From: Bacilli bacterium
Lineage (GTDB): Bacteria; Bacillota_I; Bacilli_A; RFN20; CAG-826
Length of the DNA: 64,000 bases
Assembly: GCA_017447165.1 (NCBI GenBank)
Contig: JAFSOD010000004.1
Coordinates: 564,478 to 628,477 of the forward strand
Reading direction: 5' to 3'
Under the pieces are notes generated by a model. That model was not told the origin of the DNA. It ran no database searches and was given only the letters and a program-made list of their open reading frames with translations. Every line of letters starts with the position of its first letter. Position 1 is the stretch's first letter. Below, piece by piece: positions 20,284 through 27,997 of this stretch. A program made the position numbers and the translations under genes.

Positions 20284-21044
20284 TTAAGAAAGTTGAAAGT
20301 GTTTCACAGATTAAAAAAGAAATGTTTGCCATGCCATGGTCTATTTATCCATATGCTAATTTTTTAAGATATGGAGTAGATAAAGATTTTTATTCTCTTT
20401 ATCTTGTAGATGATGTTTTGTTTACAAAATATCATGATTCAGTACAAGTTTGCTCTAAAGCAATTGGTGAACTTCAAGCCAAAGAAATCTCCTCTTTTGT
20501 TTTAGACAACAATATCAGAATGGTGTCTGGCCCTACAGAAAGTTTAGAAAAAATATTTGCTCTTCTTGGCAAGGGAAGAATTGAGAACGGGCATATTTTC
20601 GAGTTAGATTCTTTCAATAATAGTTGCGTGTCAAATATTACACTTGCTACCGAGATTAAAATTTTCAAGGAAATAGCTGTTCTAGTTTGTGATGCTAATT
20701 CTAGTAACACCGGTTATTATGGGCTTGAGCAGTATTTCGATCAAATATATTCAAGGTATTCAGAAGGTTATTGCCGTAATTGGATTTATATTGTGAATAG
20801 AAAAATTGTTGGACATATTGCTACTTACGCTGAAGCAGAAGGATATGCGGTATTAGGCGGTTTGGCTGTTGATAAAGATTATAGAGGACAAGGCATTGCA
20901 AAAGCTTTACTGAATAACGCAATTAATGATATGAAGTCTGAAAACAAAAAGTCCTACGCTTTTTGCTATAATCACAATCTTCTTGGCTTCTATTCAAAAA
21001 TATCTAAATCTTCATTCAAATCTTCAAAAATTATGCTGAAATAA
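20280..21044 (+). CDS. GNAT-family N-acetyltransferase
   Basis: IVGHIATYAEAEGYAVLGGLAVDKDYRGQGIAKALLNNAI matches GNAT motif A (R/Q-x-x-G-x-G/A). Confidence 0.6.
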   Translation: MIKKVESVSQIKKEMFAMPWSIYPYANFLRYGVDKDFYSLYLVDDVLFTKYHDSVQVCSKAIGELQAKEISSFVLDNNIRMVSGPTESLEKIFALLGKGRIENGHIFELDSFNNSCVSNITLATEIKIFKEIAVLVCDANSSNTGYYGLEQYFDQIYSRYSEGYCRNWIYIVNRKIVGHIATYAEAEGYAVLGGLAVDKDYRGQGIAKALLNNAINDMKSENKKSYAFCYNHNLLGFYSKISKSSFKSSKIMLK

Positions 21045-21134
21045 ATATAATGCACTTTTTATAGCACTCATCATCATTGAGTGCTTGCTTCTTCTTCTAT
21101 TTAAAATAAATAGCAGCAAATGGGGAAGATAGGT

Positions 21135-22667
21135 ATGAAAAGAAAAGCACTCAAACATTTTATTTGGCTTGGCCTTTTAGCAATTAGTTTAACCGGTTGT
21201 GGAGCCGAACCGGTAGTGGGCCCACAAGGGGAGCCTGGTAAAGATGGCGTTTCTATTGTTTCGGTTACTTTAACTAGTTCAAGCGAAAATATTGACACAT
21301 ATACAATCACTTATTCTGATGATCACACATCAACTTTTAATGTTACCAATGGTGTTGATGGTGAATCTATCCAGGGTGAACCGGGTAAAGACGGACATAC
21401 TCCAAACATTACTATCAGCGAAGATGGATATTGGATCATTGATGATGTAAAAACATCAATCCTTGCCAAAGGCATCCAAGGTGAAGCGGGTGTTTCTGTT
21501 GTATCAATCGAATTATTATCCTCGGTTGGTTTATTGGATACATATCAAATTAATTATAGCGATGGAACTCATTCAACATTTACAGTTACTAACGGTAAAG
21601 ATGGTGAATCTATTCAAGATAAACCTGGTAAAGACGGACATACTCCAGAGATTATTATTGGTGAAAATGGTCATTGGTTTGTTGATGGAGTGGATACCGA
21701 AATAAAAGCACAAGGCCCACAAGGCCCAATTGGTCCACAAGGTGAACCTGGCAAAGATGGGTCTTCAATTATAACTGCAAATGGTGTTCCAGAAGATAAT
21801 CTAGGTAAAAACGGTGATTCTTATATCGATTTAGATAACTGGAATTACTATATTAAGGAAAATGGTGCCTGGAATTTAAAAGGTAATATCAAAGGCCAAG
21901 ATGGTAGCAATGGATCTAACGGCAAATCTGCGTATGAAATATATTGCGAAGCCCATCCTGAATATGAAGGTGATGAAACTAAATGGCTTGATGATTTAGT
22001 TAATGGCAATCTTGGAGATAAACAAATTCATACAGTGACATTTAATTCTAATGATGGAACACCTGTTGAAACTCAATTTGTGTTACACGGAGAAAAAGCG
22101 GTTAAACCAGTTTCTCCGACTAAAGAATATTATGTTTTCTCTGATTGGGTTGATGAAAATAATGATCACTGGGTATTTAATGGATTTAGTATTACCTCTG
22201 ATATCACCTTAAATGCAGTCTGGAAACAAGAATATGATTATAGTAAAATCGTGATTAACGAAGTTTGCTCTAAAAGTAGAAAAAGTTTCTTAGATAAATA
22301 TGGAGAAGAAAGTGACTGGATTGAACTCTATAATAGTGGATCTGGTGATATCAATTTAAAAGGGTGTGGCTTATCTAAATCAGTAGACGATCCATATGCT
22401 TTAGAATTTGATAACTGCATTTTAGAAGGAGACAGCTATTTAGTTGTTGTGGCTTCTGGTAGAAAAAATAAATTATATGAAAATGAGTACCATGCCCCAT
22501 TTACTCTTTCTAATAAAAAAGAAGGAAACTTATATTTCACTTCTCCTTTTGGTGTTAGTGATTCAATTAGTTATCCAGCTTTAAAAGATGATATTTCTTT
22601 TGGTGTTCTAGGTGATGAATTAACTATGCTTCAACCTTCAGCAGGAAGAAACAATGAAGAAGTGTAA
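21135..22667 (+). CDS. surface lipoprotein with collagen-like G-X-Y segments in two ~80 aa tandem modules, a Listeria/Bacteroides-type repeat and a lamin-tail-like domain
   Basis: Lipobox LLAISLTGCGA. GPQGEPGKDG, GEPGKDGHTP, DKPGKDGHTP and GPQGPIGPQGEPGKDG triplet runs. Tandem repeat at 21229..21480 and 21480..21780. HTVTFNSNDGTPV...YVFSDW (flg_new/List_Bact-like). VINEVCSK...DWIELYNSGSGDINLKGCGL (LTD-like). A GGGGAAG RBS precedes the ATG at 21135. Confidence 0.6.
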   Translation: MKRKALKHFIWLGLLAISLTGCGAEPVVGPQGEPGKDGVSIVSVTLTSSSENIDTYTITYSDDHTSTFNVTNGVDGESIQGEPGKDGHTPNITISEDGYWIIDDVKTSILAKGIQGEAGVSVVSIELLSSVGLLDTYQINYSDGTHSTFTVTNGKDGESIQDKPGKDGHTPEIIIGENGHWFVDGVDTEIKAQGPQGPIGPQGEPGKDGSSIITANGVPEDNLGKNGDSYIDLDNWNYYIKENGAWNLKGNIKGQDGSNGSNGKSAYEIYCEAHPEYEGDETKWLDDLVNGNLGDKQIHTVTFNSNDGTPVETQFVLHGEKAVKPVSPTKEYYVFSDWVDENNDHWVFNGFSITSDITLNAVWKQEYDYSKIVINEVCSKSRKSFLDKYGEESDWIELYNSGSGDINLKGCGLSKSVDDPYALEFDNCILEGDSYLVVVASGRKNKLYENEYHAPFTLSNKKEGNLYFTSPFGVSDSISYPALKDDISFGVLGDELTMLQPSAGRNNEEV

Positions 22668-23307
22668 GTATGATATTGAAGATCCAATTGTTTGGAAGGC
22701 TGGCGAAATTGAAGAAGGATATCAAACAGATATCTCTTATTTCCAAGAGGCTAGAGCCACAATTAACTCCGGTATCTTATCCGAGGCAGGATATGAAAGA
22801 TTCTGCAACAAATATTCTGTTTCTAGTTTTGTAGACACAATCATCTATCATTCTTATATTGATCATTATGACTATAGTATGTTCTCGTCTAATAGTTCGA
22901 TGTGGAGAAGTAGAGATGTTGATGAATCTTTAGAAAAGTCGGATGGATTAATAAGATTTATGCTTTATGATACTGATTTTTCATTAGGAACCCACTTTGA
23001 TTATACGCACTATCCAAAGTTAATTAGTGATTTCAAAGCAAGTTCAACACTCAAATATTTATTTGAAAATGCACAATTCCTCGAACTACTTAAAACAAGA
23101 GTGGCAGAATTAATACCACAATTTTCTAGCCAAGAATGTCGCGATATGGTGACCAATTATTTCAATAAGATTGAACCATTAATTCAACAAAATAATATTA
23201 GACATTATGGCTCAGTTGGTACTTCATACGTAAAAATGTGGAACACGTTAATCGAGTATTTAGAGAATCGTGGATCTTATTATTTAACATTCATTGAGGA
23301 ATTATAA
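22654..23307 (+). CDS. hypothetical protein; may be the frameshifted or translationally coupled continuation of the upstream lipoprotein
   Basis: The start overlaps the upstream stop by 14 nt. No domain recognised. Confidence 0.35.
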   Translation: MKKCKYDIEDPIVWKAGEIEEGYQTDISYFQEARATINSGILSEAGYERFCNKYSVSSFVDTIIYHSYIDHYDYSMFSSNSSMWRSRDVDESLEKSDGLIRFMLYDTDFSLGTHFDYTHYPKLISDFKASSTLKYLFENAQFLELLKTRVAELIPQFSSQECRDMVTNYFNKIEPLIQQNNIRHYGSVGTSYVKMWNTLIEYLENRGSYYLTFIEEL

Positions 23308-23704
23308 AAATAGATTAATGTTTGTAAAAATGCCTTCAGATTAGGTGTATTGTGCTTTCATGATAGAATAAAAACTATCAGAAAGCAAAAATGGGATGTG
23401 ATTCCTCTTTTCTCTTGAAAACCATAGGTGGCTCATGCTTATTCTTTATATTGGCGAAGGTTTTATGTTTGTTGGACAAATACTCGCCTTAGACAAGCTA
23501 AGGTTTAAAATATGTTGGATGGTTTAAAATAACCATGAAAGGCATTGTGTTTTAGAGTGAAGTTATGTTAAAAAATACTATCTTAAAATAAAACACAGAA
23601 TTATATATTAATAAATTAATATATATGCATATTGATAAAAAATGGAATATTTTGATATTTTTGCTTGATTTAACAATTATATTTGTTATACTACAAGAGA
23701 TTTT

Positions 23705-24310
23705 ATGAGAAAGAGTCAAAAGTTTTATTTAGTAATTAAGACAATAATAGGGATATTTGGGGCTTTTATAGGTATGTTAGTGTGCCTACCTTTAATTTAT
23801 TGGTGGATATTTATTGTCAATTTTATTGTCACTAAAGGACATCCATTCTATGTTCAAAAAAGATTAGGAAAACATAAAAAGGTGTTTGGATTAATCAAAT
23901 TTAGAAGCATGAGAGTTGATGCGCCTGAAGTTGCTCCTAGCGATATTAGTGAAGATACTCAAAAGAGTATGGAAACAGGATTTGGCAAGTTCTTAAGAAG
24001 AACATCATTAGATGAGACACCTCAACTATTTAATATATTAATATGCCAAATGGCATTCATTGGTCCTAGACCAGGTGCTGCGCATAATGAAGAAGAACTA
24101 GTTAGACTTAGGGAAGCATATACTCCTAATGCGTTTGATGTTAAACCAGGTTTAGGAGGATGGGCTCAACTAAAGAATAATAGAGCCCATGATCCTGAGG
24201 CTAAAGCTTTATTAGATCATGAATATGTTAAGAATATATCTTTATGGTTAGATATGAAGATATTTGTCTTAACAGTCTTACATTTATTCGGTAGTGGAAA
24301 GGGGAAATAG
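23705..24310 (+). CDS. undecaprenyl-phosphate sugar phosphotransferase, small monotopic PglC/WcaJ-C-terminal type (Bac_transf); initiating transferase
   Basis: One N-terminal TM, then KRLGKHKKVFGLIKFRSMRVDAPE...DETPQLFNILICQMAFIGPRPG...PGLGGWAQLKNNR, the Bac_transf catalytic core. Confidence 0.85.
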   Translation: MRKSQKFYLVIKTIIGIFGAFIGMLVCLPLIYWWIFIVNFIVTKGHPFYVQKRLGKHKKVFGLIKFRSMRVDAPEVAPSDISEDTQKSMETGFGKFLRRTSLDETPQLFNILICQMAFIGPRPGAAHNEEELVRLREAYTPNAFDVKPGLGGWAQLKNNRAHDPEAKALLDHEYVKNISLWLDMKIFVLTVLHLFGSGKGK

Positions 24311-24424
24311 TTCCTCTTTTCTTTTTTTATGCTCTTTAACTTATGTTGCTATAAAAACGATTGGTGGCTCGTATTTGTCCTTAAGTGTTGATAAGTGTTG
24401 CTTTGTTTGCTAGACAAACACTCG

Positions 24425-24680
24425 TCGCATAGGGGAGATAGGCTTTATTGGACCTAGACCATTAATTGATAAAGTTGATGACCACATTACCATTGAGATG
24501 AGAAAACAAAATAGTTCTTTAAACTAGTTCCTGGCATTAGTGGATATGCGCAGATAAATGGGCGTATTGATATACCTCCTGAGGAGAAGGCCATATTAGA
24601 TGGGTTCTACTATGAACATATTTCTTTATGGTTTGATACTAGAATATTCATTATCACTTTTTACAAACATTATATTTAAG
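24425..24680 (+). pseudogene. degenerate, frameshifted 3' remnant of a second, divergent sugar-phosphotransferase gene
   Basis: Frame 1 gives GFIGPRPLIDKVDDHITIEMRKQNSSLN*. Frame 3 continues PGISGYAQINGRIDIPPEEKAILDGFYYEHISLWFDTRIFIITFYKHYI*, a Bac_transf C-terminus. There is no start and a frameshift. A terminator-like hairpin follows at ~24700. Confidence 0.55.
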
Positions 24681-24818
24681 AAAAAACAAACCTAAAAGTG
24701 AACAAGAAGGGAAATAGAAATCCTTCTTTTTTCACCTATGGTTTGTTTTTGATATCATAATATAATTAAATAGACTATTTTTAAAATGCGACATCCAATA
24801 TGATTAAGGAGATTGTTT

Positions 24819-25445
24819 ATGTATAGTTATCTTTTAAACAAAGAATTAAGGAATGAATTAAGAATGTATTGCGAGGAGAAGATTTTTTTATTGCAAAAAG
24901 AAGTAAGCGAATATTTTACATTTTCATTCAAATTAATTGGGAGTGGTGATAATCGCTTAATGACTATTAACGGAAACAACAAATCGATAGATTTGGATTA
25001 TAACATTGTTATTCAACGCGATAAAAAACAGCTCATTGGGGAACCAGAGCAGATTAAAAAAATATTTATGAGAGCATTCAAAGATGTTTGTGGTCGTGAC
25101 ACCAAAGTGTCTGACTCTACACAAGTGATTACTTGTAAGGTTGGAAAAATTGATGGGTATGATTTCTCGTTTGACATCGCTATATTCGTGGAAGGGAATG
25201 ATGGATTTATTTATAAACTTATTAACGACAAAAAAACAATACCATCGAGATATGTATGGAATAGAATCCCGAGTTCTAAAGATTTCAATTTCAAGTTTTC
25301 ATATTTAAAAAGAAATGGGCATTGGGAAGATATCAAATCCTTATATTTAAAAAAGAAAAATTTGTATTTAACTAGAGGCTCAGATAAAACGTCTTTTTCA
25401 ATTTTAATTGAAACCGTGAATGAAATTATGCAAAAGATGGAATAG
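24819..25445 (+). CDS. Pol-beta-superfamily nucleotidyltransferase (minimal NTase/SMODS-like)
   Basis: hG[GS]-x9-13-DxD motif LIGSGDNRLMTINGNNKSIDLDYNIVI and a third acidic residue in YDFSFDIAIF. An AAGGAG RBS lies 7 nt before the ATG at 24819; the track start at 24813 is a TTG. Confidence 0.5.
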   Translation: MYSYLLNKELRNELRMYCEEKIFLLQKEVSEYFTFSFKLIGSGDNRLMTINGNNKSIDLDYNIVIQRDKKQLIGEPEQIKKIFMRAFKDVCGRDTKVSDSTQVITCKVGKIDGYDFSFDIAIFVEGNDGFIYKLINDKKTIPSRYVWNRIPSSKDFNFKFSYLKRNGHWEDIKSLYLKKKNLYLTRGSDKTSFSILIETVNEIMQKME

Positions 25446-25448
25446 CTT

Positions 25449-26126
25449 ATGATTGATTATGACAAATTCTTTTCAATTATAGATATTGATGAGAGCGAGA
25501 AAGAATCCGCTAAAGAATACATTGCTTTAAGAGGGTTGCAGGAACACATCGATATGGCAACATATTTATCGTCATTTCTTGCAGCAAGGAAACCAACATA
25601 TAAGGAAGTTGCAACAGCATTTAGATACGATAAGAGAATAAGAAGAATTCTATATAAATATATAGGCTTATTAGAAGAGATGTATCGTGCATACATTTGT
25701 AACAATTTTAATAACATCAAGCAATTAGGATTAAAGACCAGCAAGCCATTATTTCAATATATTTCATTGTCTCTATTTAGTTCTCTCGTTAATATAGTGT
25801 GGTCACTAGATGAAAACCATAAAAAAGAATTATTTGAAGGCAAGGCAGTTCTTAAAAAGAATTTAGATGCTCTTGTTACTTTACGAAACGCAATAGGACA
25901 CAATAGGACAATTATCAATTACCGAGATTATAAAGAAGCAACATTAAGCACTGGAGAGGTCGGAAATTCTTTGTTAATTAATATAAAAAATATGTTGGAC
26001 TTTTTGCCGTCGGAAATTAGAAACAAATGCATTAAAGAAACTAATGAAGCAAATAGAAGCGGGACAAAGAAAATAAAAAACCAAGTAGATTGGGCGCTTA
26101 TTTCAATGCTTGTTATTAAGTTATAA
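25449..26126 (+). CDS. Abi_2 (AbiD/AbiF-like)/HEPN-family protein
   Basis: Rx4H HEPN motif in VTLRNAIGHNRTI. Upstream FRYDKRIRRILYKYIGLLEEMYRAYI resembles the Abi_2 family. Starts 4 nt after the NTase gene. Confidence 0.5.
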   Translation: MIDYDKFFSIIDIDESEKESAKEYIALRGLQEHIDMATYLSSFLAARKPTYKEVATAFRYDKRIRRILYKYIGLLEEMYRAYICNNFNNIKQLGLKTSKPLFQYISLSLFSSLVNIVWSLDENHKKELFEGKAVLKKNLDALVTLRNAIGHNRTIINYRDYKEATLSTGEVGNSLLINIKNMLDFLPSEIRNKCIKETNEANRSGTKKIKNQVDWALISMLVIKL

Positions 26127-26202
26127 CGTATAAACAAATTGTTTAAAATGAAAATAGAATTGTTTATAAACTTTTTTGTGGTTTATAATTAAACCAATCA
26201 AT

Positions 26203-27234
26203 ATGCAAAGAAAAAAATATCAAGTATTTACGCCAGAGGCAGTAGTTGAAAAAATGCTGGATCTTTTAGGGTATAAAGGCGAATTAATTATTAATAAAAG
26301 AATTATTGATATTTCCTGTGGAGATGGTGCTTTTTTGGTTTCGGCCGCTGAAAGATTAATTGCTGAATGCAAAAACAAGAATTTGACAACAAAAGAAATC
26401 ATGGAAAAGTGTTCGCAAAACATTTGCGGTATTGAAATTGAAACTGAATATTATAAAAAATGTATTAAACGCCTTAATGAAGTTATTAAAAAGCACTTTA
26501 AAAAGTTATACATTAAATGGAAAAACGTAAATAACGGCGATGGACTTTTACACTCAGAGGATAATTATGATTTTGTTGTTGGCAATCCGCCTTATATTTC
26601 ATATAAAGATATGTCAAGCGAACAAAAAGAGTATCTTAGGAACAACTTTTTAAGTTGCAAGCAATACAGATTTGATTATTCGTTTGCTTTTATCGAAAAA
26701 AGCCTTAACATTTTGTCTGATCAAGGCAAAGGATGCATTATTTCCCCTATTAATATGTATAGGATTAAATCTGGAATTGGAATAAAAGAATTAATCCGTC
26801 CTTATCTTGATGTTATAGTTGATGTTACAGAAGATAACATTTTTCCAAGAGTATTAACGAACCCTGTCATTTCTGTTTTCAGCAAAACAAAAAAAACCAA
26901 TGAAATTGTTTTGTTAAAGCGCGATTTAGCTCCAAGGAAATTGCCAAGGGAAACGTTCGAAAACGACATCAACTTGTTTATAAACGTCGGATCGCGTCGT
27001 TTTGGAGATTATTTTTCGGTTCACAATGGTGTGGCGACTTTGTATAACGAAGCATTTATTGTTAATAGCGATAGTGATCTTGAATCAGAAGTATTAATGA
27101 ATGCTAGAAGTCCGAAGTTTAGCAGATTCAATTTGAATAAGAAAATTATTTTCCCTTATTTGCACTCCAGTGGCACAATAAACAAAATTGATGAAAAAGA
27201 TTTTTTTGAAAAATATCCAAACTGTCCAAATTGA
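26203..27234 (+). CDS. N6-adenine-specific DNA methyltransferase (gamma-class, Eco57I/TaqI-like)
   Basis: Motif I IIDISCGDGAFLVSAAE and motif IV VVGNPPYISYK in gamma order. A TATAAT box sits 13 nt upstream of the ATG at 26203; the track start at 26176 is a TTG. Confidence 0.75.
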   Translation: MQRKKYQVFTPEAVVEKMLDLLGYKGELIINKRIIDISCGDGAFLVSAAERLIAECKNKNLTTKEIMEKCSQNICGIEIETEYYKKCIKRLNEVIKKHFKKLYIKWKNVNNGDGLLHSEDNYDFVVGNPPYISYKDMSSEQKEYLRNNFLSCKQYRFDYSFAFIEKSLNILSDQGKGCIISPINMYRIKSGIGIKELIRPYLDVIVDVTEDNIFPRVLTNPVISVFSKTKKTNEIVLLKRDLAPRKLPRETFENDINLFINVGSRRFGDYFSVHNGVATLYNEAFIVNSDSDLESEVLMNARSPKFSRFNLNKKIIFPYLHSSGTINKIDEKDFFEKYPNCPN

Positions 27235-27604
27235 TCATATTGATTCATCTGAGCCAAAAGACAACACGTTAAAAAATTTGGCACCGGCATGTTTTGATTG
27301 TAATCAAAAGAAAAAAGACATTTGTGACAAACATTCACTTGCTTCTATTATAAATCCATATAATTCTATACATAATGTATTTCAAAGGAATGATGATTAT
27401 AGCATTTGCATAAAAGATGGTTACATAGATAATGAAGATGTTAGGGTGTTTTTTGAAAAACTTAAGCTTGGATCTCAAATTAAAAGAATTGATTATCTTC
27501 TATCGTGTATTCGCTCAATCAAAGATAAACAAGAAAATAGATTTATTAAATCTTGTTTGTCTGATATATATAATTCACTTCTAGACAAAAGAATAATGAT
27601 GTAA
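27191..27604 (+). CDS. HNH-family endonuclease domain protein. Its 5' end overlaps the MTase 3' end in another frame, so it may be a frameshifted C-terminal domain of the MTase
   Basis: QIDHIDSSEPKDNTLKNLAPACFDCNQKKKD is an HNH core (His-...-Asn-...-CxxCN). No RBS was found. A 44-nt frame overlap contains a T7 run (27201..27207). Confidence 0.45.
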   Translation: MKKIFLKNIQTVQIDHIDSSEPKDNTLKNLAPACFDCNQKKKDICDKHSLASIINPYNSIHNVFQRNDDYSICIKDGYIDNEDVRVFFEKLKLGSQIKRIDYLLSCIRSIKDKQENRFIKSCLSDIYNSLLDKRIMM

Positions 27605-27649
27605 GTCCAAACTGTAAATCATACTCTCATACGTTTTAGTTAAACAAAT

Positions 27650-27917
27650 GGCTTTTATTGGTCCTAGACCAGGAACTGCTAAAATCTGAGTGAGTCAATT
27701 AGACTTAGAGAAGCATATACTCCTAATGCATTTGATGTTAAACTTGGATTAAGTGGATGGGCACAACTCAAGAATAAGAGAGCACACAACCCAGAAAATA
27801 AAGCTAAATTAGATCTTGAATATGTAAAGAATTTATCTTTATGGCTAGATATTAAAATATTTGTGTTAACAGTATTTCGTTTATTTGGTAGTGGAAAGGG
27901 GAAGTAATTCCTCTTTT
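27650..27917 (+). repeat. direct duplicate (~85-90% identical, frameshifted) of the last ~250 nt plus terminator of the sugar-transferase gene at 24058..24326
   Basis: atggcttttattggtcctagaccagg...gcatatactcctaatgcatttgatgttaaac...ttatctttatggctagatat...ggtagtggaaaggggaagtaattcctctttttt parallels ATGGCATTCATTGGTCCTAGACCAGG...GCATATACTCCTAATGCGTTTGATGTTAAAC...GGTAGTGGAAAGGGGAAATAGTTCCTCTTTTC. The copy has stops and frameshifts. Confidence 0.7.
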
Positions 27918-27997
27918 TTAGTGATCTAGAATTTCTATTTAATAAGGGTCAATATGTTACGCTTAATTATTATAGATAGTCATGATATCATTCTCTT

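Noticed and set aside
21229-21780. Periodic ~240-bp DNA repeat considered as a CRISPR-like or satellite array.
   Set aside because: It lies in frame inside a lipoprotein gene and encodes collagen-like protein modules. There are no short spacer/repeat units.
23417-23488. R1/R2 elements considered as tRNA, tmRNA-like or known riboswitch sequences.
   Set aside because: No cloverleaf, no conserved T-loop or anticodon-arm features, and no match to riboswitch cores I know. Treated as unclassified repeats.
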